Positions 1-7,713 of a DNA stretch of 32,000 nucleotides are shown here, piece by piece. Within the stretch, counting starts at the first letter, position 1. Every line of letters starts with the position of its first letter. The translations under genes and the position numbers were made by a program. Source of the DNA: Escherichia coli O145 str. RM9872 (GTDB taxonomy: Bacteria; Pseudomonadota; Gammaproteobacteria; Enterobacterales; Enterobacteriaceae); NCBI RefSeq assembly GCF_003586065.1, contig NZ_CP028379.1; one strand, written 5' to 3'. The notes under the pieces were generated by a model. That model searched no databases. It was not told the DNA's origin and saw only the letters and a program-made list of their open reading frames with translations.

Positions 1-39
1 ACTTATCCGGTGCTGTATGGACATTAACGAGGTAGCCCG

Positions 40-306
40 ATGCAAGCTGTTTTTTCTTCCCCGTCTCCCGCCCCTGTGACGCCACTGATGCCGCTGCCGG
101 ACATCACACAGGAGCGTTTTTTACGTCTTCCGGAAGTGATGCACCTGTGCGGCCTGTCACGCTCGACCATCTACGAACTCATCCGTAAGGGGGAATTTCC
201 GCCGCAGGTGAGTCTTGGCGGTAAAAATGTGGCCTGGCTGCACTCTGAAGTCACCGCATGGATGGCCGGGCGCATTGCCGGACGCAAACGGGGGTACGAC
301 GCATGA
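40..306 (+). CDS. AlpA/Vis-like DNA-binding regulator of P4-family satellite prophage
   Basis: 88-aa ORF with helix-turn-helix pattern '[49 protein letters not shown]', typical of AlpA/P4 Vis proteins; lies upstream of the P4 alpha operon. Confidence 0.85.
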   Translation: MQAVFSSPSPAPVTPLMPLPDITQERFLRLPEVMHLCGLSRSTIYELIRKGEFPPQVSLGGKNVAWLHSEVTAWMAGRIAGRKRGYDA

Positions 307-902
307 TGATGCCCGCTCTGCAAAAACTCCCTTTTTCTGGCTTGCCTTTTTCCGGCATTTGCGGATATAGTTTTTCCGCTGCCGCAAAATCGGCAGCCGG
401 GCGTGAGAACCCGAGCAATTCACAGGCGACATATGACGCGCCACGCGTCTTTTTTTGTGTCGCAATCAATGCCACAGAGCGCCAGATTATGGTGTGGTGT
501 GTGGTCAGTCGTGCAGATGGCATTCCGTGCATCCTGCCTGCGTCCGCTCATTATGCCGCAGAGTCAATGGTAGCTCAGGCGGGGCAGCCTCCGGGCTGGC
601 CGGTATTCTTCGAGGCCGGTATTCTCACCCCCGTCTGGGCTATCGCCATCGAGCGTGAGAACTCCGGCGATAGCAGTTATTTGCTACTCGAAGGAGGCTG
701 CCTTATGGCTACAACCCTTACCCCCTCACACCCTGAATTTGTCTTTGTGTTTGCGGCTGTCCGTCGCGCAGACCGTCATCCCCGTATCTGTATGCTTCGC
801 ACCGTCGCCGGTGATGAACGCAGTGCCCGCCGTTCCCTTGTCCGTGACTATGTGCTCTCCCTTGCTGCCCGTCTGCCGGTGGTGGAGGTGTCCCGTGCGT
901 AA
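303..902 (+). CDS. Ash / host cell division inhibitor Icd-like protein of P4-like prophage
   Basis: Long ORF (ORF track 258-902; in-frame ATG at 303 overlaps the upstream stop as ATGA); '[20 protein letters not shown]...' and '[48 protein letters not shown]' resemble Ash/Icd-like proteins of P4-family elements. Start uncertain. Confidence 0.6.
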   Translation: MMMPALQKLPFSGLPFSGICGYSFSAAAKSAAGRENPSNSQATYDAPRVFFCVAINATERQIMVWCVVSRADGIPCILPASAHYAAESMVAQAGQPPGWPVFFEAGILTPVWAIAIERENSGDSSYLLLEGGCLMATTLTPSHPEFVFVFAAVRRADRHPRICMLRTVAGDERSARRSLVRDYVLSLAARLPVVEVSRA

Positions 903-1182
903 TAAAAAAGCCCCTCAGACCGTCTCAGCGCGTCATGACGCCCGTGAACACCTCAGCATTGAGGCTTACCATAAGCTCAACCGCGCCAGCGCCGTATCCC
1001 AGTTTGTTGGGGGTGATTTGATTCACCGTGAACTCTCCGGCCTGCATCAGCTCTACATTCCGCATATTTTCAGCTACCTGAATGAAGATATTGATTTTGT
1101 GCTGAATGAACTGAAAGCCAAAGGCCTGTGCCGCGATTTTCTCGCCCAGCAGAAAGACCGGGGAGACAGGACGCATGTTTGA
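895..1182 (+). CDS. P4 epsilon-like derepression protein
   Basis: GTG-start ORF in the frame of track ORF 655-1182: '[79 protein letters not shown]...' resembles P4 epsilon; 95 aa, short overlap with the upstream ORF; position in operon matches P4. Confidence 0.75.
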   Translation: MRNKKAPQTVSARHDAREHLSIEAYHKLNRASAVSQFVGGDLIHRELSGLHQLYIPHIFSYLNEDIDFVLNELKAKGLCRDFLAQQKDRGDRTHV

Positions 1183-1630
1183 TTTTCCCCAGCCCGGTGA
1201 GATTTACCGTTCTGCCGGTTTTCCCGATGTGGCCGTGGTCGGCATTCTGGAAGACGGTATTCCGTGGGAAATGCCGTACCGCTGCCCGGAAATTGTCTGG
1301 AACCCGTACCGCCGTAAATTCAGTATCCTTGTGCGTATCCTCGCTGACGGACGCACCACAGACATCCCGCTGGGGCGTTTTCTGCGGGAATTTACCTGTG
1401 ACCGTCCTGACCTGTTTAAACGCAGCCCCGTAAACCGGCATGCGGTACTGAAAGAAATGGCCGGAGACCCGGAATTACAGAAATGGCGGGAAAAATATCT
1501 GGATATTTACCCGCAGGACACTGTTCCGGTCAGCCGGGCAGCACCGGTGGCGCGGGAATGGCGGGAAATTCCCCGCACGGAGCCTGACCCGGAAACCACC
1601 CCGGATAACAGTTACCGCAATTATCTGTAA
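1175..1630 (+). CDS. P4 orf151-like conserved hypothetical protein
   Basis: 151-aa ORF overlapping the epsilon stop; same length and relative position as P4 orf151. Confidence 0.75.
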   Translation: MFDFPQPGEIYRSAGFPDVAVVGILEDGIPWEMPYRCPEIVWNPYRRKFSILVRILADGRTTDIPLGRFLREFTCDRPDLFKRSPVNRHAVLKEMAGDPELQKWREKYLDIYPQDTVPVSRAAPVAREWREIPRTEPDPETTPDNSYRNYL

Positions 1631-1765
1631 TTAAAAAACGACCCCCGAAAAATTAAATGTGCGTATTCGCGCAGGGATACGCACGTCTTCAGGAGACGCA
1701 GATATGCCTTATCAGTTAATGCAACCGGCACGGAATGCAGTCATCTGTCACAGGGAGAAAAGCAA

Positions 1766-2086
1766 ATGAAAACACCCTTACCGCCCGTCTTACGCGCTGC
1801 CCTTTACCGTCGCGCTGTCGCCTGTGCCTGGCTGACCGTGTGCGAACGTCAGCACCGCTACCCGCATCTCACCCTTGAGTCACTGGAGGCGGCCATCGCC
1901 GCTGAGCTGGAAGGCTTTTATCTGCGCCAGCACGGTGAGGAAAAAGGGCGTCAGATAGCCTGTGCCCTGCTGGAAGATTTAATGGAATCCGGCCCCCTGA
2001 AGGCCGCGCCGTCGCTGTCCTTTCTCGGGCTGGTTGTGATGGATGAACTCTGTGCCCGTCACATAAAAGCGCCGGTACTGCACTGA
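1766..2086 (+). CDS. P4 orf106-like conserved hypothetical protein
   Basis: 106-aa ORF immediately upstream of alpha; same size and position as P4 orf106. Confidence 0.75.
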
Positions 2087-2100
2087 AGGAGAACAACACC

Positions 2101-4434
2101 ATGAAAATGAACGTAACCGCCACCGTCAGCCATGCGCTCGGCCACTGGCCGCGTATTCTCCCGGCGCTGGGGATTCAGGTGCTGAAAAACCGTCATCAGC
2201 CCTGTCCGGTCTGTGGCGGGAGTGACCGCTTCCGTTTTGATGACAGGGAGGGGCGCGGCACCTGGTACTGCAATCAGTGTGGTGCCGGTGACGGCCTGAA
2301 ACTGGTTGAAAAGGTGTTTGGTGTTTCCCCGTCCGACGCGGCCGCAAAGGTGGCTGCCGTGACCGGCAGCCTGCCCACGGCTGACCCGGCAGTGACGGCC
2401 GCCGCCGGCGCTGAAACAGACGCTGCCCGGAAGAACGCCGCCGCACTGGCACAAACCCTGATGGCAAAAACCCGTCCCGGAACCGGTAACGCCTACCTGA
2501 CCCGCAAGGGCTTTCCCGGCCGGGAATGCCGGATGCTGACCGGCACACACAGAGCCGGTGGCGTGAGCTGGCGCGCCGGTGACCTTGTGGTGCCACTGTA
2601 TGACGACAGCGGCGAACTGGTTAACCTTCAGTTAATCAGTGCTGACGGCCGTAAGCGCACCCTGAAAGGCGGACAGGTCAGGGGCACCTGTCACACCCTT
2701 GAAGGACAGAATCAGGCCGGAAAACGTCTGTGGATAGCGGAGGGATACGCGACCGCACTTACCGTACATCACCTGACCGGTGAAACGGTGATGGTGGCGC
2801 TTTCTTCCGTGAACCTCCTTTCTCTGGCCAGCCTTGCCCGGCAGAAGCATCCGGCCTGTCAGATTGTCCTTGCCGCAGACCGTGACCTCAGCGGTGACGG
2901 CCAGAAAAAAGCCGCCGCAGCCGCAGATGCGTGTGAGGGCGTTGTTGCCCTGCCGCCGGTCTTCGGTGACTGGAATGATGCCTTCACGCAGTACGGCGGG
3001 GAAGCCACCCGTAAGGCCATTTATGATGCCATCCGGCCACCGGCTGAAAGCCCGTTCGACACCATGAGCGAAGCGGAGTTTTCCGCCATGAGTACCAGCG
3101 AAAAGGCCATGCGTATCTATGAGCATTACGGCGAGGCGCTCGCGGTCGATGCCAACGGCCAGCTTCTGTCCCGCTATGAAAATGGTGTCTGGAAGGTGCT
3201 GCCGCCACAGGACTTTGCCCGGGATGTGGCCGGGCTGTTTCAGCGTCTGCGCGCGCCGTTCTCCTCCGGGAAAGTGGCCTCCGTGGTGGACACCCTGAAG
3301 CTGATTATTCCGCAGCAGGAAGCCCCCTCCCGCCGCCTGATTGGCTTTCGTAACGGCGTGCTCGACACGCAGAACGGCACGTTCCACCCGCACAGTCCGT
3401 CACACTGGATGCGCACCCTGTGCGATGTGGATTTCACCCCGCCGGTGGAAGGGGAAACGCTGGAAACCCACGCTCCCGCGTTCTGGCGCTGGCTTGACCG
3501 TGCCGCCGGTGGTCGTGCGGAAAAACGCGACGTGATTCTGGCCGCACTGTTTATGGTGCTGGCAAACCGCTATGACTGGCAGCTCTTTCTGGAGGTGACC
3601 GGTCCCGGCGGCAGCGGCAAAAGTATCATGGCCGAAATAGCCACCCTGCTGGCCGGGGAGGATAACGCCACGTCGGCCACCATTGAGACGCTGGAATCCC
3701 CGCGTGAACGTGCCGCGTTAACTGGCTTCTCACTGATACGCCTGCCGGACCAGGAAAAATGGAGCGGCGACGGAGCCGGACTCAAGGCTATCACCGGCGG
3801 CGATGCGGTGTCCGTTGACCCGAAATACCGGGATGCGTACTCCACGCATATCCCGGCGGTGATTCTGGCCGTGAACAATAACCCGATGCGCTTCACCGAC
3901 CGCAGCGGCGGCGTGTCACGCCGGCGGGTGATTATTCACTTCCCGGAACAGATAGCCCCGCAGGAGCGCGACCCGCAGCTTAAGGACAAAATCACCCGCG
4001 AGCTGGCGGTCATCGTGCGTCACCTGATGCAGAAGTTCAGCGACCCGATGCTCGCCCGGTCACTGCTTCAGTCCCAGCAGAACTCAGACGAGGCACTGAA
4101 CATCAAACGGGATGCCGACCCGACGTTTGATTTTATCGGCTATCTGGAAACCCTGCCGCAGACCAGCGGCATGTATATGGGGAACGCCAGTATCATCCCG
4201 CGTAATTACCGTAAATACCTCTATCACGCCTATCTGGCCTACATGGAGGCAAACGGCTACCGGAATGTACTCAGTCTGAAAATGTTCGGGCTGGGGCTGC
4301 CGGTGATGCTGAAGGAATACGGACTGAATTACGAGAAGCGCCATACCAAACAGGGGATACAGACCAACCTGACACTGAAAGAGGAAAGCTACGGCGACTG
4401 GCTGCCAAAATGTGACGCCCCTGCAACAACCTGA
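2101..4434 (+). CDS. P4 alpha-like primase/helicase replication protein
   Basis: 777 aa; N-terminal zinc-finger primase motif 'CPVCGGSDRFRFDDREGRGTWYCNQCG', TOPRIM-like 'LWIAEGYATAL', helicase Walker A 'GPGGSGKS', C-terminal origin-binding region; RBS 'aaggag' upstream. Confidence 0.95.
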   Translation: MKMNVTATVSHALGHWPRILPALGIQVLKNRHQPCPVCGGSDRFRFDDREGRGTWYCNQCGAGDGLKLVEKVFGVSPSDAAAKVAAVTGSLPTADPAVTAAAGAETDAARKNAAALAQTLMAKTRPGTGNAYLTRKGFPGRECRMLTGTHRAGGVSWRAGDLVVPLYDDSGELVNLQLISADGRKRTLKGGQVRGTCHTLEGQNQAGKRLWIAEGYATALTVHHLTGETVMVALSSVNLLSLASLARQKHPACQIVLAADRDLSGDGQKKAAAAADACEGVVALPPVFGDWNDAFTQYGGEATRKAIYDAIRPPAESPFDTMSEAEFSAMSTSEKAMRIYEHYGEALAVDANGQLLSRYENGVWKVLPPQDFARDVAGLFQRLRAPFSSGKVASVVDTLKLIIPQQEAPSRRLIGFRNGVLDTQNGTFHPHSPSHWMRTLCDVDFTPPVEGETLETHAPAFWRWLDRAAGGRAEKRDVILAALFMVLANRYDWQLFLEVTGPGGSGKSIMAEIATLLAGEDNATSATIETLESPRERAALTGFSLIRLPDQEKWSGDGAGLKAITGGDAVSVDPKYRDAYSTHIPAVILAVNNNPMRFTDRSGGVSRRRVIIHFPEQIAPQERDPQLKDKITRELAVIVRHLMQKFSDPMLARSLLQSQQNSDEALNIKRDADPTFDFIGYLETLPQTSGMYMGNASIIPRNYRKYLYHAYLAYMEANGYRNVLSLKMFGLGLPVMLKEYGLNYEKRHTKQGIQTNLTLKEESYGDWLPKCDAPATT

Positions 4435-4441
4435 CCCACCT

Positions 4442-4466
4442 GACCGGCATCTGCCGGTCTTTTTTT
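4442..4466 (+). terminator. Rho-independent terminator of the alpha operon
   Basis: GACCGGCA-TC-TGCCGGTC followed by a T7 tract, directly after the alpha stop codon. Confidence 0.8.
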
Positions 4467-4484
4467 ATCCCTGAATTCCCCGAA

Positions 4485-4790
4485 GGTGAACAATCCACTG
4501 TTCACCCTTCACCGTATATTCACCCGTTATCACACTGAAATTAAAAGAGAAAAACGAAAGGTGAACAGTGTGAACAATCAAATCAAAAAAAACTTTTTTC
4601 TCCCTGTGTGATTTTCAGTACGGGGGATTAATCACCGGTATGAGTCACACCGGCAGAATGCCGGAGGTGAAGAATCGAATGTTCACCCTTCACCCATTAT
4701 TCACCACCTATCCAACTGAAATAAAAGGAGAAAACAGAAAGGTGAACAGTGTGAACAGTTCTTCCGAAAAAAAATTTTTTTCCTGAGTTA
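4485..4790 (+). repeat. P4 crr-like cis replication region: two ~120-bp imperfect direct repeats with GGTGAACAGT-type iterons
   Basis: Copy 1 starts 4485 (GGTGAACAATCCACTGTTCACCCTTCACC...GGTGAACAGTGTGAACAATC...AAAAAAACTTTTTT), copy 2 starts 4666 (GGTGAAGAATCGAATGTTCACCCTTCACC...GGTGAACAGTGTGAACAGTT...AAAAAAAATTTTTTT); offset 181 bp, matching P4 crr architecture (two ~120-bp repeats separated by ~60 bp). Confidence 0.85.
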
Positions 4791-4910
4791 ACGTGCGTGA
4801 AGATGCGTGTAAAAATTAATCGATAGATATTATATGTATAAGGATGTGTATAAATGAATTAGAATAGAAAAATATAAACGATTTAAATCAAATGGTTATA
4901 TGTCAATTTT

Positions 4911-4930
4911 GACTCCTGTGATCTCCGCCA
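4911..4930 (+). other. Attachment-site remnant derived from the selC tRNA 3' end (prophage/LEE boundary)
   Basis: GACTCCTGTGATCTCCGCCA versus the selC 3' end GACTCCTGTGATCTTCCGCCA (one T missing); located between crr and the LEE, where P4 attP topology predicts it. Confidence 0.85.
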
Positions 4931-5227
4931 AACTTCCTCTTCTGAACTCTCCCGACGTCAACAAAACCCCTTTTAATCCCTTATATATCAGGCTTTCTTT
5001 GTGTACAGGGGTCAACCGACTCAACCTGTATCAAGTTGCTTTTGAGGATACTTTAGGGGGGTATTATTTCCCTTTGAAATATTAGCACCCCATAATGGGA
5101 AAAAGGTAATACATAACAATGGTTTTTAACAGTATCTTTGTTATACAAGGGGGCATTGAGGATATCAGGAAAAATCTCAAAATCGGTACGGACAGGAAAC
5201 TACGTGGGCAGCAAAAACGTATGGTAA

Positions 5228-5547
5228 CACCGGGAAATGCAACGCCCACCAGTCGGGCTAATCCACCACTCCAATCGTGGTTCGCAGTACTGCACACACG
5301 ATTACCGGGCTATACAGGAGCGGTTTGGTCTGAAAACATCCATGCCGCGTAAAGGTAACCGTTACGACAACACCTCAATGAAAAACTTATAGTAAACGCT
5401 GAAGAATGAAACTATCGTTTTAATAACCGGGATGAAGCCATCTAAGTAATACGGAAATACATTGAGATTTTCTACAACCATCAGCGCCGCCACTCCCGTC
5501 TGGGGAATATCTCCCTGGTAGCCTTCAGGAAAAATATAACCAGATAA
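5228..5547 (+). pseudogene. Decayed IS3-family transposase (OrfB C-terminal portion, IS600-like)
   Basis: Frame from 5228 reads '...RPPVGLIHHSNRGSQYCTHDYRAIQERFGLKTSMPRKGNRYDNTSMKNL*' (stop 5390-5392); a later frame reads 'RDEAI*VIRKYIEIFYNHQRRHSRLGNISLVAFRKNITR*' (stop 5545-5547), both recognisable IS3-family rve motifs broken by stops and a frame disruption. Confidence 0.85.
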
Positions 5548-5570
5548 CTGCGTAAAAAAAGAACAAATGG

Positions 5571-5598
5571 TGGTGTCCGCTATTGCCAGTATACCTGA
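5571..5598 (+). mobile_element. Degenerate terminal inverted repeat / end of the IS600-like remnant
   Basis: TGGTGTCCGCTATTGCCAGTATACCTGA just downstream of the transposase remnant; resembles an IS3-family terminal repeat (GGACA...TGA pattern). Confidence 0.5.
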
Positions 5599-5720
5599 GT
5601 TTACTGCCTTTCAGATTATCACAATCAATAGCGAACAGACTTTTGAGCTCTGTGCGCTTTTAACAAAACGTCCCTTTCTCCACTTTCACCGTATAATAAT
5701 ACATTATTTATTACCCCTCC

Positions 5721-5780
5721 AATAAAAACCGATATTACTAATCACATTTATTACCACACAATTTGATATCGGTTTTTATT
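5721..5780 (-). terminator. Inverted repeat downstream of espF, possible terminator of the LEE4 operon
   Basis: AATAAAAACCGATATT (5721-5736) pairs with GATATCGGTTTTTATT (5765-5780), located just after the espF stop; AT-rich stem, long loop. Confidence 0.4.
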
Positions 5781-5786
5781 AGTTGG

Positions 5787-6674
5787 TTACCCTTTCTTCG
5801 ATTGCTCATAGGCAGCTAAATGATCTTTTAATGCCTGTGCAAGGGGCGGTAGTCCACTAGGCCCTGTCGGTGGCGGTGGTGCCTGACGGGCGGGCTTAAA
5901 ACCTAAAGCCTCAGGACCTTTCGATTTTTCATAGGCAGCCAAGTGCTCTTTTAATGCCTGTGCAATGGGCGGTAAAGGTCGGGATGCCCCGGATGCCTGT
6001 CCACTTGTCGGTGGCGGCGGTGCCTGACGGGCGGGCTTAAAACCTAAAGCCTCAGGACCTTTCGATTTTTCATAGGCAGCCAAGTGCTCTTTTAATGCCT
6101 GTGCAATGGGCGGTAAAGGTCGGGATGCCCCGGATGCCTGTCCACTTGTCGGTGGCGGCGGTGCCTGACGGGCGGGCTTAAAACCTAAAGCCTCAGGACC
6201 TTTCGATTTTTCATAGGCAGCCAAGTGCTCTTTTAATGCCTGTGCAATGGGCGGTAAAGGTCGGGATGCCCCGGATGCCTGTCCACTTGTCGGTGGCGGC
6301 GGTGCCTGACGGGCGGGCTTAAAACCTAAAGCCTCAGGACCTTTCGATTTTTCATAGGCAGCCAAGTGCTCTTTTAATGCCTGTGCAATGGGCGGTAAAG
6401 GTCGGGATGCCCCGGATGCCTGTCCACTTGTCGGTGGCGGCGGTGCCGGACGAGAGGGAGTAAATGAAGTCACCTGGCTGCTCACATTAAAAATCGTTCT
6501 CGCATTAACATTCGACGAGCCTGGAGAAAAAGGGGAATGAACTTTCACCGGAGTAAGACGCACGGCCTGAGGGGCTACAGAAAATCCAGTTCCCCCCGCA
6601 GAGCTCACTCGACTTGCGATACCTACAAGCTGCCGCCCTAGTGTAGAAGCAGCGTTACTAATTCCATTAAGCAT
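5787..6674 (-). CDS. espF: LEE effector EspF (proline-rich repeat protein; expanded allele)
   Basis: 295 aa; N-terminus 'MLNGISNAASTLGRQLVGIASRVSS' and 47-aa repeats 'R(P/Q)APPPPTSGQASGASRPLPPIAQALKEHLAAYEKSKGPEALGFKPA'. Confidence 0.97.
   Translation of the reverse strand: MLNGISNAASTLGRQLVGIASRVSSAGGTGFSVAPQAVRLTPVKVHSPFSPGSSNVNARTIFNVSSQVTSFTPSRPAPPPPTSGQASGASRPLPPIAQALKEHLAAYEKSKGPEALGFKPARQAPPPPTSGQASGASRPLPPIAQALKEHLAAYEKSKGPEALGFKPARQAPPPPTSGQASGASRPLPPIAQALKEHLAAYEKSKGPEALGFKPARQAPPPPTSGQASGASRPLPPIAQALKEHLAAYEKSKGPEALGFKPARQAPPPPTGPSGLPPLAQALKDHLAAYEQSKKG
5881..6444 (-). repeat. Four tandem 141-bp repeats encoding EspF proline-rich units
   Basis: Period markers 'gcctgacgggcgggcttaaa' at 5881, 6022, 6163, 6304 and the variant 'gccggacgagagg' at 6445; exact 141-bp spacing; flanking partial unit at 5787-5880. 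Confidence 0.95.
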
Positions 6675-6758
6675 AATTTATGCCTCTTTATATCTAAGCT
6701 TGGCTAACTCTCATATATATCAAAACGAATAATAAAATGATTTTTAAATCAATATAAA

Positions 6759-7037
6759 TTAAAATCCTCGTACCCAGCCACTACCATTCTCATGGACCAA
6801 ACTGTACAATAACTGACTCGTCTCATCATCCATACAGTCCTCCAAAGCCTTTACCGCATCATTTTTTCTATTTAATCCAAATAAGATAATAAATTCTAAA
6901 TGTGCGATATCTTTTTTATCAGGTATAATTTGTGGGAATACATTCAGGATAGCTTCCGCATATTTGGGAAGCTTATGGTTTGCCGCAGCTACAGCCGCCC
7001 ACACCAGTATCTTATTAGCAGAAATATCATTAACCAT
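6759..7037 (-). CDS. escG: T3SS protein EscG (Orf29), chaperone for needle protein
   Basis: 92 aa, position between espF and escF. Confidence 0.88.
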   Translation of the reverse strand: MVNDISANKILVWAAVAAANHKLPKYAEAILNVFPQIIPDKKDIAHLEFIILFGLNRKNDAVKALEDCMDDETSQLLYSLVHENGSGWVRGF

Positions 7038-7042
7038 TAAAA

Positions 7043-7264
7043 TTAAAAACTACGGTTAGAAATGGTTGAGACCAGATCTTTTATCGTTTTCAACATTCCA
7101 CTTTCTACGTTAACATAAGCAGAATATTGCTGAACCGCAAACTGCAACTCTAACATTTTTTCAGGGTCATTAACCAAATCGGTGCTATTAAGTAACTCTG
7201 GCACAGAATCGCTCAGCGTTTTACCTACTTCACCCATTTGTTGAGTAATTTCAGATAAATTCAT
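7043..7264 (-). CDS. escF: T3SS needle protein EscF
   Basis: 73 aa 'MNLSEITQQMGEVGKTLSDSVPELLNSTDLVNDPEKMLELQFAVQQYSAYVNVESGMLKTIKDLVSTISNRSF'. Confidence 0.95.
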   Translation of the reverse strand: MNLSEITQQMGEVGKTLSDSVPELLNSTDLVNDPEKMLELQFAVQQYSAYVNVESGMLKTIKDLVSTISNRSF

Positions 7265-7299
7265 TAAATTTCCCTCAGAAGTTAATAAAATAAAAACTT

Positions 7300-7713
7300 T
7301 TAACTATTTACGTTCATTACGAACCAAATTCCGTCTTCTGTTTCTTGCTGCACGGCACCCTTTCTGATGAAGTAATTAAACAACTCTTCGCGCTTTTGAC
7401 GTTCTGAATCTGAACCAATCTTAGATTTCATCGCGCTGATTTTCTTAATACCCGAAAAATGGTGATACAACTCTTCGAGCAAATGAGTCAGCGATAAAAC
7501 AGGGCCGTTAAGCCCTGTTTGGTTACGTGCTTCAAAAGAGCACAAAATCAGTTCTTGTTCATCCAGTCTGTACGCTAATGAAAAAAAAGGTGTCTCAATC
7601 CGCCATCCGATAAAAAAGGCACTGCCACAAAGAAACTCCTTCTGTATTGTGTACCCTTTTTGTTCAAGATAGTAATTAAACACTTCATCATTAAACGTAT
7701 CGACCATGATCAA
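7300..7713 (-). CDS. cesD2: T3SS chaperone CesD2
   Basis: ~135-aa ORF downstream of espB, canonical LEE4 position; possible second start at codon 3. Confidence 0.9.
   Translation of the reverse strand: MIMVDTFNDEVFNYYLEQKGYTIQKEFLCGSAFFIGWRIETPFFSLAYRLDEQELILCSFEARNQTGLNGPVLSLTHLLEELYHHFSGIKKISAMKSKIGSDSERQKREELFNYFIRKGAVQQETEDGIWFVMNVNS

Noticed and set aside
157-532. Minus-strand ORFs 157-465 and 251-532 over the AlpA/Ash region
   Set aside because: No domain signal and overlap with better-supported plus-strand prophage genes.
2632-3393. Minus-strand 253-aa ORF (and neighbours 2059-2550, 2126-2596, 2984-3208) opposite alpha
   Set aside because: Shadow ORFs in high-GC sequence antisense to a well-supported 777-aa primase/helicase; no recognisable domain.
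1-4930. P4 cos site or capsid-size (sid/delta/psu) genes
   Set aside because: None visible in the part of the prophage inside the window; the rest of the element lies to the left, so presence or absence cannot be judged.
4900-5085. 61-aa ORF starting next to the att scar
   Set aside because: Begins upstream of the selC-derived sequence and spans the integration junction; no recognisable similarity.
5881-6444. Regularly spaced repeats that could superficially suggest a CRISPR or satellite array
   Set aside because: They are contiguous in-frame 141-bp coding repeats of EspF with no unique spacers.
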